A DNA stretch of 64,000 nt from positions 11,662 through 75,661 of the forward strand of contig CALWPQ010000003.1 in the NCBI GenBank assembly GCA_944383465.1. The letters run 5' to 3'. A model generated the notes under the pieces. It ran no database searches and was not told the DNA's origin. It saw only the letters and a list, made by a program, of their open reading frames with translations. The stretch is from an uncultured Clostridia bacterium (GTDB lineage: Bacteria > Bacillota > Clostridia > Peptostreptococcales > Anaerovoracaceae). Every line of letters begins with the position of its first letter. The first letter of the stretch is position 1. Made by a program: the position numbers and the translations under genes. This document shows positions 47,489 through 56,801 of this stretch, piece by piece.

Positions 47489-48415
47489 ATGATATATAAT
47501 AATATTTTAGAAGCTATGGGAAATACGCCGATGATAAAGCTTCGCAATATGGGAGATAAAGACGGAGCCGACATATTTGTAAAATTTGAAGGATTAAATG
47601 TCGGCGGTTCGATAAAGACAAGAACAGCGTATAATATGATTCTGGATGCGGAAAGACGCGGACTTATAAATGAAGATACGATTATAGTCGAACCTACAAG
47701 CGGAAATCAGGGCATAGGACTTGCGCTTGTAGGAGCAGTACGCGGCTACAAGGTAAAAATTATTATGCCTGATTCTGTTAGTGAAGAACGGCGCAAACTC
47801 GTGCAGCATTACGGTGCAGAAGTCGTTTTGATACACGATGCGGGCAACATTGGGGAGTGTATAGAAAAGTGTCTCGATACAGCGCTCGAAATGAGAGCAA
47901 GTGACCCGAATGTCTTTGTACCGCAGCAGTTTGAAAACGAAGCGAATACTGATGCACAGAGAAACTGCACCGGACGCGAGATCATTGAGCAGATAAACGG
48001 CCCTATCCACGGTTTTTGCTCGGGAATAGGCACAGGCGGCACTATAACGGGAATAGGCGAAGTACTGAAAGAAAAAAATCCCGATATAACGATTTGGGCA
48101 ATAGAGCCGGAGCATGCGGCTACGCTTTCGGGAGGCTCTATCGGTACGCATATACAGATGGGCATAGGCGACGGCATTATTCCGCCGATACTAAATAAAA
48201 GCATATATGATCATATTTGTATAATCACGGACGAAGAAGCGCTCAGCACGGCAAAAGAGCTCGGGCGCAAAGAAGGTATTGCCTGCGGAATCAGCAGCGG
48301 CACCAATGTGGCGGCCGCGATTAAGCTTGCGCGCATTCTCGGCAAGGGCAAGACGGTTGTTACGGTACTTCCTGATACAGCGGAGCGTTATTTTTCCACA
48401 GCTTTATTCGACTGA
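47489..48415 (+). CDS. cysK: Cysteine synthase A / O-acetylserine sulfhydrylase
   Basis: GNTPMIKL, PLP-lysine region GGSIKTRTAYNM, TSGNQGIGLA, and GIGTGGTITG. Confidence 0.9.
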   Translation: MIYNNILEAMGNTPMIKLRNMGDKDGADIFVKFEGLNVGGSIKTRTAYNMILDAERRGLINEDTIIVEPTSGNQGIGLALVGAVRGYKVKIIMPDSVSEERRKLVQHYGAEVVLIHDAGNIGECIEKCLDTALEMRASDPNVFVPQQFENEANTDAQRNCTGREIIEQINGPIHGFCSGIGTGGTITGIGEVLKEKNPDITIWAIEPEHAATLSGGSIGTHIQMGIGDGIIPPILNKSIYDHICIITDEEALSTAKELGRKEGIACGISSGTNVAAAIKLARILGKGKTVVTVLPDTAERYFSTALFD

Positions 48416-48458
48416 TAAAAAAGAATTGATTTTTGTTGCGTAAAGGAATATAATTTTA

Positions 48459-48548
48459 GTTGCAAGGGAGTCCTCGGAAGAGGGCTGAGAGGAGGGTGTA
48501 CCCTCGACCTCACCTGATTTGGATAATGCCAACGTAGGGATGCGAACC
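48459..48548 (+). promoter_or_regulatory. TPP (THI-box) riboswitch
   Basis: Conserved boxes GGGCTGAGAGG and ACCTGATTTGGATAATGCCAACGTAGGGA. Confidence 0.9.
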
Positions 48549-48570
48549 AAAAAAATGTTTGTAAAATTAC

Positions 48571-48607
48571 AAGGCAGGATATCTCATTTTGGGTGTCCTG
48601 CCTTTTT
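48571..48607 (+). terminator. Expression-platform terminator of the TPP riboswitch
   Basis: AAGGCAGGAT pairs with GTCCTGCCTT, followed by TTTTATTT. Confidence 0.75.
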
Positions 48608-48662
48608 ATTTACGGCGGCATCGTCATTCGCTTGTAAAATTTAAAAAATGGAGGAAAAAGTG

Positions 48663-49322
48663 ATGAAAACTTCAGAGCGCCTGCACGAAGCGGCGCGCCC
48701 AGTCTGGGAAAAATGCCTGAGCCATCCTTTTGTAAAGGGTATAGGAGACGGCACTCTTCCTGCAGAAAATTTTAAGTATTTTATGCTTCAGGATTATCTC
48801 TATCTGTTCGAATACGCAAAGGTATTTGCGCTCGGCGTAGTAAAATCGAGAGACCAGGAGCTTATGCGCACATTTGCGCGCAATGTCGATGAGATACTCG
48901 ACGGCGAAATGAAAGTTCACCGCTCGTATATGAAGAGGCTCGGAATTACGGAAAAACAGGTCTTTGAAGTTAAACCTGCGCTCGATAATCTCTCGTATAC
49001 AAATTATATGCTTGCTGTCGCAAATGCCGGCGGACCGCAGGAAATAGTCGCGTCTATTCTCGCCTGTTCGTGGAGCTATGCAGAAATAGGACAATCGCTT
49101 ATAAAAATTCCTGGTGCGGCGGAACATACTTTTTACGGAGAATGGATAAAGAGCTACGCATCATCTGAATATGCAGACGTAAACGATGCTCTCATAGCTC
49201 TTATGGACAGACTGACAGAGGGTACGGGAGAAGAACAGCTTGCATATTTAACGGAGGTGTTCGTAAATTGCAGCAGATACGAGCTCGGATTTTGGGATAT
49301 GTCATGGGAGATGAGAGAATAA
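48663..49322 (+). CDS. tenA: Thiaminase II / aminopyrimidine aminohydrolase TenA
   Basis: HPFVKGIGDGTLPAENFKYFMLQDYLYL is a TenA signature. The ATG at 48663 lies 7 nt after GGAGGA. Confidence 0.9.
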   Translation: MKTSERLHEAARPVWEKCLSHPFVKGIGDGTLPAENFKYFMLQDYLYLFEYAKVFALGVVKSRDQELMRTFARNVDEILDGEMKVHRSYMKRLGITEKQVFEVKPALDNLSYTNYMLAVANAGGPQEIVASILACSWSYAEIGQSLIKIPGAAEHTFYGEWIKSYASSEYADVNDALIALMDRLTEGTGEEQLAYLTEVFVNCSRYELGFWDMSWEMRE

Positions 49323-50087
49323 ATGAGCCTTCTTGAGTTTGAGAATGTTTCATATATGTACGAAGCGGATGATTACGATATCATAGACGGCCTCAGCTTT
49401 TCCGTAGAAAAAGGATCGTTTCATTCTATTATAGGTATAAGCGGCTGCGGCAAGAGCACGATATTTAAAATGATAAATGGACTTCTCGTGCCAAAAGCAG
49501 GGACGATAAAGGTAGATGGGGTATCCATTGAAAACAGGAAAGATTACTGCGGATATATGCCGCAAAAGGATATGCTGTTTCCGTGGCGTACGGTGGGGCA
49601 GAATGTAGCGCTGCCGCTTGAGATAAAGGGAGGCTATTCTAAAAAAGACAGGCGTGAAATAGTGGAAAACGCGCTGTCTGATGTTGGCCTTTCGGGCTGT
49701 GCGGACAAAATGCCGGATGAGCTTTCCGGCGGTATGCGCCAGCGCGCCGCTTTTGCACGCACAATGCTCACGGGAAGCGACCTTTTGCTGCTCGATGAGC
49801 CATTTTCGGCGCTTGATTTCCTGACCCGCATTTCGATGCAGGAATGGCTGCTTGAGCAGTGGGAAAAGCACAAAAAAACGATACTGTTTATTACGCATGA
49901 TGTTGAGGAAGCTGTGTTTCTTTCCGGCAGTGTGCTTGCCGTAACGGAGACGCCGATAAAGAGCCTTGCGGAAATAAAGGTGCCGGCAGGTTATCCGCGT
50001 ACACGTGAGTGTCTGACGCATTCCGATATGACATCTCTGCGTGAGGAACTGATTGAAGTTTTGAGAAGGCAGGTGAAAGCGGAATGA
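49323..50087 (+). CDS. thiZ: ABC transporter ATP-binding protein (ThiZ-like, NitT/TauT family)
   Basis: Walker A GISGCGKST, signature LSGGMRQR, and Walker B LLLLDEP. The gene lies in a TPP-regulated operon with tenA. Confidence 0.8.
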   Translation: MSLLEFENVSYMYEADDYDIIDGLSFSVEKGSFHSIIGISGCGKSTIFKMINGLLVPKAGTIKVDGVSIENRKDYCGYMPQKDMLFPWRTVGQNVALPLEIKGGYSKKDRREIVENALSDVGLSGCADKMPDELSGGMRQRAAFARTMLTGSDLLLLDEPFSALDFLTRISMQEWLLEQWEKHKKTILFITHDVEEAVFLSGSVLAVTETPIKSLAEIKVPAGYPRTRECLTHSDMTSLREELIEVLRRQVKAE

Positions 50088-50878
50088 GCATAAGGAAACA
50101 AAATGTAAAGCGGAGCGTTTATCGAAATGGAGCTAATATCGGCAATCTTTCCGCATTGATATTTATGTTTGCTCTTCTTATTCTATGGCAGCTTAGTGCT
50201 ATGAAGGTAGATGCGGCATACATACTGCCGACTCCGGTGCAGATATTGCAGAAGCTGTGGGAGCTCAGAGAGCCGCTTTTTACAGTGCATTTGCCAGCGA
50301 CTATGCTGGTAACGGGTATCGGACTTCTGATATCTCTTGGCCTTGGTCTTTTGCTTGCTGTCGTTATGGATGCAAGCCCGATAATGCAGAAATGCATTTA
50401 TCCCGTTGTCGTGGCCTCGCAGACGATACCAACGACGGCGATTGCGCCTCTTTTCGTGCTGTGGTTCGGCTATGGCATATGGAGCAAGGTGCTGGTAACG
50501 GTGCTTATCACATTTTTCCCAATTACGATTACCGTGTATGACGGCTTCCGGGCGGCAAAAATTGAAATGAGCGAGCTCCTTATGACATATGGCGCGACAA
50601 AGCGCGATATATTTTTTAAGATAAAAGTGCCGTGTGCGCTGCCGTATTTCTTTTCAGCGGTGAAAATGGCCATTCCTATGAGTATAATAGGAGCGGCAAT
50701 AGGAGAATGGCTGGGAGCGCAGAGTGGTCTTGGATATTTTTCGCGGCGAATGATGACGCAGCTTGACGGCGCAGGCGTATTTGCACCTATCGTGCTGCTT
50801 TCGGCGGTGGCGATGCTGGCGGCGAAAGTCATAGGAATTGTCGAACACAGGCTCGTAAAATGGCGCGGCGAATCGTAA
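50084..50878 (+). CDS. thiX: ABC transporter permease (ThiX-like)
   Basis: Six-TM permease with an EAA-like loop (MTYGATKRDIFFKIKVPCALPY). It overlaps the ATPase gene stop. Confidence 0.8.
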   Translation: MSIRKQNVKRSVYRNGANIGNLSALIFMFALLILWQLSAMKVDAAYILPTPVQILQKLWELREPLFTVHLPATMLVTGIGLLISLGLGLLLAVVMDASPIMQKCIYPVVVASQTIPTTAIAPLFVLWFGYGIWSKVLVTVLITFFPITITVYDGFRAAKIEMSELLMTYGATKRDIFFKIKVPCALPYFFSAVKMAIPMSIIGAAIGEWLGAQSGLGYFSRRMMTQLDGAGVFAPIVLLSAVAMLAAKVIGIVEHRLVKWRGES

Positions 50879-50999
50879 AAAACGGCAAAATTGTCAAGCA
50901 CCTGATCTGGATGCCAAGGGCTGACAGCCGAGGGATTTAGTGAGTGAGCCTTGGGGCGTAAGCGGTTATAAAATTTTGATTTAAAAAAGGAGAAATAAA

Positions 51000-52007
51000 A
51001 TGAAAAAGATTTTAGTATTTTTACTTATTGCAGTAATGACACTGTCGTCATTTGCGGCCTGCGGCGGCGAAGACAGTGCAAACGACAACGCGGAGGAACT
51101 CAAAGAAGTGGATGTAGTGCTCGACTGGTATCCGAACGCTTTGCACGCGTTTATGTATGTAGCTATTGACAAGGGCTATTACGAGGAAGAGGGACTCAAA
51201 GTAAATATCCGCTTCCCGTCCAACGCGAACGACGCCATCTCGATGGTAGCAGCGGGTAAAGCTGACATAGGGCTCTATTATCAGCAGGATGTAATTCAGG
51301 CGAGGGCAAATCAGAGCGTGCCTGTAAAGTCGATAGGCGCTGTGGTGCAGGGGCCGCTCAATATAGTGCTGTCGCTTAAGGATAAGAATATAAATTCGCC
51401 GAGCGATCTTGTCGGCAAAACGATAGGATATGCAGGAACGGAGCTTTCAGAGGCTATTGTACGCAGCATTATGGAAAATGTCGGTGCGGATTACAGCGAT
51501 GTGACGCTTGTAGATGTCGGCTTTGACCTTATGAGCTCGATGACAACAGGCAATGTAGATGCTACAATCGGCTGCCTTGTAAATCATGAAGTACCGCAGA
51601 TGGAGGAAGAAGGTTTTGAAGTAAGCTGGTTTGATTTTGATGATTACGGTGTGCCGACATATTATGAAGGTGTTTTCCTCGCTAATGATGAGGCGATTGC
51701 CAATGACAGCGAGACGCTTAAGGCGTTCCTGCGCGCGTCGGCAAAAGGCTTTGCCGATATGAAGGCTGACCCGGAAGAAGCGCTTTCGATACTTCTTGCC
51801 AATCAGAACGAGGAAAACTTCCCGCTCTCTGAGACGGTGGAAAGAAAGAGTATGGCAACGCTGCTGCCAATGATGGAAACGGACGAGGTTCCGTTCTTTA
51901 CACAGTCGGACGAGTGCTGGCAGGAAAATATTGATTGGATGTTTGATCAAGGGCTCATCGAAAGCAAGCCTGCGCTTGACGATGTGAGAGTGAATATGGA
52001 ATTTTAG
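51000..52007 (+). CDS. thiY: Lipoprotein substrate-binding protein, NMT1/THI5-like (ThiY-like pyrimidine precursor binding)
   Basis: Lipobox LSSFAACGG and an NMT1/THI5-like DWYPNALHAFMYVAIDKGYY. Confidence 0.8.
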   Translation: MKKILVFLLIAVMTLSSFAACGGEDSANDNAEELKEVDVVLDWYPNALHAFMYVAIDKGYYEEEGLKVNIRFPSNANDAISMVAAGKADIGLYYQQDVIQARANQSVPVKSIGAVVQGPLNIVLSLKDKNINSPSDLVGKTIGYAGTELSEAIVRSIMENVGADYSDVTLVDVGFDLMSSMTTGNVDATIGCLVNHEVPQMEEEGFEVSWFDFDDYGVPTYYEGVFLANDEAIANDSETLKAFLRASAKGFADMKADPEEALSILLANQNEENFPLSETVERKSMATLLPMMETDEVPFFTQSDECWQENIDWMFDQGLIESKPALDDVRVNMEF

Positions 52008-52085
52008 CTGTAAAAATTGATTTTTCCATTATACATTTTGATCGGCATGAGGCTATATGGTTTTCGGCGCAAGTTGAAAATATTC

Positions 52086-52114
52086 TTGCAGTGAGAGTCG
52101 GAATTGCATATAAT
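52086..52114 (+). promoter_or_regulatory. Promoter TTGCAG-17-TATAAT
   Basis: -35 at 52086-52091 and -10 at 52109-52114. It implies that the ATG at 52164 is the true start of the downstream gene. Confidence 0.55.
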
Positions 52115-52163
52115 ATCAAGAAAAAGAAAACATATTTCTAATTCGCGGTCAGGAGATGCATAT

Positions 52164-53033
52164 ATGGAAGAAAAGAAGAAAAAAGGCAGAATAAGAGAAT
52201 ACATAAGGCAGCTTAAAGAACAGATGATAAAAAAGCACAACGGTACATTTGTGCTCTATATAGTGCTTCGTATACTCGTAATTGCAGTGCTTGTTTTATC
52301 GCTTATCGAAAAGCGTTATGAATCGGTGGCAACCTGTTTTTTGGTTTTGGTTTTGTTCCTTGTGCCGAGTTTTCTCGAGCGCAAGCTGCATTTTGAGCTG
52401 CCGTCCACTATAGAAAAAATCATACTTCTTTTTATATACGCAGCGGAAATAATGGGAGAGCTGCAGGAGTTTTATATTCGCGTTCCCTGGTGGGATACGA
52501 TGCTGCATACGATGAATGGATTTTTATTCGCAGCTTTCGGTTTTGCACTTGTCGATATTTTAAACAGCAATCCGAACGTAAAACTGTCTCTGAGTCCGTT
52601 TTATCTGGCTTTCGTTTCCTTTTGCTTTTCTATGACCGTGGGCGTTGTGTGGGAATTCTTTGAGTTTTCTATGGATTGGTTTTTCCATTTGGATATGCAG
52701 AAGGATACTGTTGTGAACACGATAAGATCCGTAATGCTCAATCCTGACGGCAGAAATGTGCCGTATGTGATATCGGGAATAGAAAGCGTCACGGTAAACG
52801 GACAGGAGCTCGGTCTTGGAGGGTATCTCGATATCGGGCTTATAGATACGATGAAGGATCTGTTTGTTAATTTTATAGGAGCCGTAGTGTTCAGCGTTAT
52901 CGGGTATTTTTATGTGAAAAGCAGCGGCAAAAACAAGTTTGCGAGCAGGTTTATACCGATAACGTCAAAAGGCATATCTGACAGCGGAGAATTGACGGCC
53001 GGCGAAAGCGAAATGCCACGCAAAAATAAATGA
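52164..53033 (+). CDS. Multi-pass membrane protein of unknown function
   Basis: About 6 TM segments, with conserved-looking motifs PWWDTMLHTMNGF and VWEFFEFSMDWFFHLDMQKD. I could not assign a family with confidence. Confidence 0.6.
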   Translation: MEEKKKKGRIREYIRQLKEQMIKKHNGTFVLYIVLRILVIAVLVLSLIEKRYESVATCFLVLVLFLVPSFLERKLHFELPSTIEKIILLFIYAAEIMGELQEFYIRVPWWDTMLHTMNGFLFAAFGFALVDILNSNPNVKLSLSPFYLAFVSFCFSMTVGVVWEFFEFSMDWFFHLDMQKDTVVNTIRSVMLNPDGRNVPYVISGIESVTVNGQELGLGGYLDIGLIDTMKDLFVNFIGAVVFSVIGYFYVKSSGKNKFASRFIPITSKGISDSGELTAGESEMPRKNK

Positions 53034-53148
53034 ATATTCGGAAAATTTATCTGATAAAAGATATTTACTGCGGTGAATTGAAGTGGTATAATTATGACAA
53101 AATAAGAATAACCGTACGCAAGCGGGAAGCAGAAAAGGAGTGATAGTT

Positions 53149-53472
53149 ATGAAGATGATTACGGCTATAGTAAACGGCAAGGATGCAACCGATGTTGGTC
53201 ACGCACTTACTCAGAATGGATTTATGTTTACAAAGACCATTACGACGGGAGGTTTCCTTAAAGCAAGCAATGCTACTCTCCTGATCGGTACTGACGACGA
53301 TAAGGTAAGCGAGGTGATCGATATTATCCGCAAACACTGCGCAGTAAGAAAAGAAGTCGTGCCTGTAATAGGCGATGTAAATTATTCGACGTTTAACAGC
53401 TGTACAGTTGAGGTGCCTGTCGGCGGCGCTACTGTATTTGTAACAGATGTGGTAAGATTTGAAAAGATGTAA
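53149..53472 (+). CDS. darA: Cyclic-di-AMP receptor protein DarA/PstA (PII-like)
   Basis: MKMITAIV...FTKTITTGGFLKASNATLLIG...VEVPVGGATVFV closely parallels B. subtilis DarA (YaaQ). Confidence 0.85.
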   Translation: MKMITAIVNGKDATDVGHALTQNGFMFTKTITTGGFLKASNATLLIGTDDDKVSEVIDIIRKHCAVRKEVVPVIGDVNYSTFNSCTVEVPVGGATVFVTDVVRFEKM

Positions 53473-53485
53473 AATAGAGTTTGAA

Positions 53486-53523
53486 AAAAGCAGGTGTATA
53501 CGCAGGTCGCTGCACCTGCTTTT
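53486..53523. terminator. Bidirectional terminator between darA and nudC
   Basis: AAAAGCAGGTG pairs with CACCTGCTTTT, flanked by an A-run and a T-run. Confidence 0.75.
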
Positions 53524-53526
53524 ATT

Positions 53527-54465
53527 TTAAAAATAAACTTTGTTATCTCTGAAAAAGTTTATCATTTCTTCGGTGAGACTGTTGCCTCCTCGTTCCTCAG
53601 TCGGAATATCTTTACGCTCCACCCATACAGCTTCTGCAAGCTCGTTCGTATCTATCGTGATGCTGTCGGATCCGTCCACCTCGCAAAAAAATCCGATGAG
53701 CACGCTGTTTGAAAAAGACCAGGGCTGGCTTTTATAAAAGCGGATATTTTTGACGTGCAGACCTACTTCTTCCATCACCTCACGGCACACAGTGTTTTCT
53801 ACGGATTCGCCAATCTCGCAGAATCCCGCAGTCAGGCCAAACCTCGTATAGTTTCTGCCGGAGTATCGCGAAAGGAGTATTTTGCTGCCGTTGGTAACGG
53901 CGACGATTACCGCCGGTGAAATTTTCGGATACTCTATTTGGCCGCATTCGCAGTAGAGCATACGCTCTTTGGTGTCTTTTTTGAGCGGCCGGCCGCATCT
54001 GCCGCAGTATTTTCTGTCGCGGTACCAATCATAAAGCTGTCTGCCCGTAACGGCCGCAAACTGTGGGTAGTGGTCGTCACGGTTTACGAGTACAGCGATT
54101 TTTTCCATATAAAAGCCGGTTGGTACAGAAGCGAGTTCATTTACGAGAAAAAATTCATCGTCGTCTATTGTGAATAGATATACAGCGTTTTCATAAAGCG
54201 AAGCGGCAGCGTCGGCAGCGCTGCTTTCGCCGTCTGCACCTGGCGCTTCTTTGCGGCGGAAGGCTTTTTCCAAATCTGAAAAACGAGGAAATACAGGTGC
54301 GCCCGGTTTGGCGTCAGGCGTGTCTTCTGAATTTTTCCAGAATTTGCTTTCGTCTCTGGCGAGAAGCAGCGCATCCTTTTCGTAATAAAGCGCTATGCTC
54401 TCCGGTTTTGGAGAGATATTGTGATATTCGTTGTGGTAAATATGCGGAAATATGTCTTGTATCAT
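53527..54465 (-). CDS. nudC: NAD+ diphosphatase (NADH pyrophosphatase) NudC
   Basis: Zinc ribbon CGRCGRP...CECG and Nudix box GFCEIGESVENTVCREVMEEVG. Confidence 0.85.
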   Translation of the reverse strand: MIQDIFPHIYHNEYHNISPKPESIALYYEKDALLLARDESKFWKNSEDTPDAKPGAPVFPRFSDLEKAFRRKEAPGADGESSAADAAASLYENAVYLFTIDDDEFFLVNELASVPTGFYMEKIAVLVNRDDHYPQFAAVTGRQLYDWYRDRKYCGRCGRPLKKDTKERMLYCECGQIEYPKISPAVIVAVTNGSKILLSRYSGRNYTRFGLTAGFCEIGESVENTVCREVMEEVGLHVKNIRFYKSQPWSFSNSVLIGFFCEVDGSDSITIDTNELAEAVWVERKDIPTEERGGNSLTEEMINFFRDNKVYF

Positions 54466-54554
54466 TTTTTCGCCCTCTTTTATTTTTTCATATAATATCT
54501 ATCGGTTGATAACGGCAGGCTGCATTTAGCCGTGCTCAAAATAGGTAAATGTTT

Positions 54555-55466
54555 TTAATAGGCGCTTTCGATTTCGGTTATGCGTTTATAGTAAAAGTCG
54601 TTTTCATGAATGGGGATTCCGTGCTTGGCGGCGAGATTTCTGACTGTGCCTGCAAACAGCTCGACCTCGGATTTGCGTTTAGCTTTGAAGTCCTGATGCA
54701 TCGAAGGATAGCTGTTTTTATCAAGCTTGTTAAAAAGCTCCATCGCCGCGTTGAAGTCGTCTTCAGTAATATTTGTACCCTCAGCTTTGGAGAGAGCGAT
54801 TACTTCCCGCATTGCCCTTGTAAGTGACGCGCGCTTTTCGGGCGAACTCATAATGCCGTCGTACGGGCTGTCGTATATCATGCAGGCTTGGTTTATGCCG
54901 ACATTTATCATAAATTTGTTCCACATAGCGTGCATTATGTCGCTTTCAACTGTATGCGGAATGCCGGTTTTTGTGAGAAACGCGTCCAAAGCTTTGAGTG
55001 ATGGGCGCATTTTCTCATCGGTAATGCCTACTTGCAGCAGACCCTTGTTTACATAACTGAGTTCTGTGCCGCTGCGCATAGCATCCATTCCTATAGCTAC
55101 GCAGGGAATTACAGTTTTATGCGGGTAACGCGCGCTGATTATTTCCTCGGATGTGATGCCGTTCATTAACGAGATGATTATAGTGTGCTCGCCGATGAGA
55201 TTTTTCATAGTGTCGAGTGCGGAGGCGAGCGAATTGTATTTGACTGCAACTATAAGAAGGTCTGTGGGCTTAGCATCTGTGCAGTCGATTAAATTGAAGT
55301 CTATTTCTTTGCCGTTTACCGTATATGTATCTTTGCTGTGGCGCTCATAGCGCTCTTTATCCATTGCAAAACAGATGTTTTCACGGCCTATAGCATTTTG
55401 TATGTGTTCGCCGTACATAAGACCGAGTGCTCCGAGTCCGACGACACCAACTGTCTTTATTTCCAT
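54555..55466 (-). CDS. panE: 2-dehydropantoate 2-reductase
   Basis: N-terminal Rossmann motif VGVVGLGALG and a length and pattern typical of the ApbA/PanE family. Confidence 0.8.
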   Translation of the reverse strand: MEIKTVGVVGLGALGLMYGEHIQNAIGRENICFAMDKERYERHSKDTYTVNGKEIDFNLIDCTDAKPTDLLIVAVKYNSLASALDTMKNLIGEHTIIISLMNGITSEEIISARYPHKTVIPCVAIGMDAMRSGTELSYVNKGLLQVGITDEKMRPSLKALDAFLTKTGIPHTVESDIMHAMWNKFMINVGINQACMIYDSPYDGIMSSPEKRASLTRAMREVIALSKAEGTNITEDDFNAAMELFNKLDKNSYPSMHQDFKAKRKSEVELFAGTVRNLAAKHGIPIHENDFYYKRITEIESAY

Positions 55467-56029
55467 AGCAGTACCTCGCTTAATATTTGCTTAATTTTCG
55501 TTTAATAAGTAATTGAAGTTTCTCTGAAAAATTATATCACAAATTACGATATATGAACATTTATTTAGATAAAATATATAATCAACTGCTGCGCGCTGCT
55601 TAAAATTTGTCTTTAGTGCTTCTATAATATGTGAGTTTTGAAATATGCATATTTGACAAAATTGTGTTATGCTTTGGGCGTCCGCTCGTGTGCTCACTCA
55701 GTATGGTCACGTGATTTTTTCTGTTTTTAAGATATAGCTTTACTGATGGGTATGCGGGGTACCTTCGTTGACGGCGCAAATAAGCTTAGATGCGGCTTTT
55801 ATTTTCTGCTTCTCTGATTGTCTGAGCCCGTGGTGATTTTTGCCGCCTGGCAGGCGCGGATTGAGCAGCCCGGCGCAATATTGCTGACGAGCTATATATA
55901 TGATAAAATTAAAAAAATTACCTTTTTACAAAATTGTTGAAATGAGGACAAACCGAGTGTACAAGGCGGCCGCTTGGCATTATAGCTATGAATCAAGGCC
56001 GGCGTTTGGAGGAGGAGAGGAAGAAAAAA

Positions 56030-56446
56030 ATGAAAATTGAACAATATGTTATGGCATACGGTGTTGAGCATGACAGATTGAGAGCGATTTTGCCGGACGG
56101 CTTTATATCGCCGCGTCCCGTACTGCGCATAAATGCAGAAATTCGGGAGGAAAAAGAGGGATATGCGGAATTTAATATCGCAGTCGAAAAGGACGGAAAG
56201 ACAGGCTGGCTGAATATCAGCTGCTGGAACGATATCAAATTTAAGAAGTCGGGCAGGATCACAGTTTTTGAAAATGAGAATTTAAATATTGCGTTTACAG
56301 GAGTGGGAATAGAGGGCTCGTGTCCAGCCGAAAAAGGCAGTGCGGGATGCTATTTCATTAAAGATGGGGAAATTGAGCTCGTGCCGCCTGAAACGATTAC
56401 GGGGAAAAAAGAGTTCTGCGACTGCAATTTTGAGTGGCGTTTGTAA
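56030..56446 (+). CDS. Hypothetical protein; the frame continues open for 52 codons beyond an in-frame TAA
   Basis: The ATG at 56030 follows GGAGGAGGAGAGGAAG. I recognise no family motif. The same frame stays open from 56447 to the stop at 56603-56605. Confidence 0.5.
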   Translation: MKIEQYVMAYGVEHDRLRAILPDGFISPRPVLRINAEIREEKEGYAEFNIAVEKDGKTGWLNISCWNDIKFKKSGRITVFENENLNIAFTGVGIEGSCPAEKGSAGCYFIKDGEIELVPPETITGKKEFCDCNFEWRL

Positions 56447-56736
56447 AATGGAGGCGCCCGCGGCGCAAGTGCGGGAAAAACATTTCCAGCGGTACCGGCA
56501 GAGGTAAAAAATGTTTACCCGAAACAGGAGTTTTCTTTAAAAAATGCAGCGGTAATACCGTGCGAGAAAGTACTTGGAAGCTATAAGATAGAGTTTATGC
56601 GGTAAAGCGTACCTTCGGGTTTAACTTTGTTTTATTTTGCAGCGGCACAAAGAAAAACAGCAGCTGCCTAAACGCCGGAAAATGCTTACGCGTTTGTACA
56701 GCAGGAAGACAATGACTGTTTAGACTTGAAAAAATA

Positions 56737-56779
56737 AAAGTATCTTTTTTGCGAAACTCGCGATAAAAAGATACTTTTT
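56737..56779. terminator. Bidirectional terminator downstream of serA and the hypothetical gene
   Basis: AAAAGTATCTTTTT pairs with AAAAAGATACTTTT. Confidence 0.7.
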
Positions 56780-56801
56780 ATATCAGGCTATAGCAAAATT
56801 G

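Noticed and set aside
55491-55697. Track ORF of 68 aa on the minus strand in the panE upstream gap.
   Set aside because: It has no RBS, its composition is AT-rich and intergenic, and I recognise no motif. It is treated as non-coding, and the gap itself is listed as a low-interest finding.
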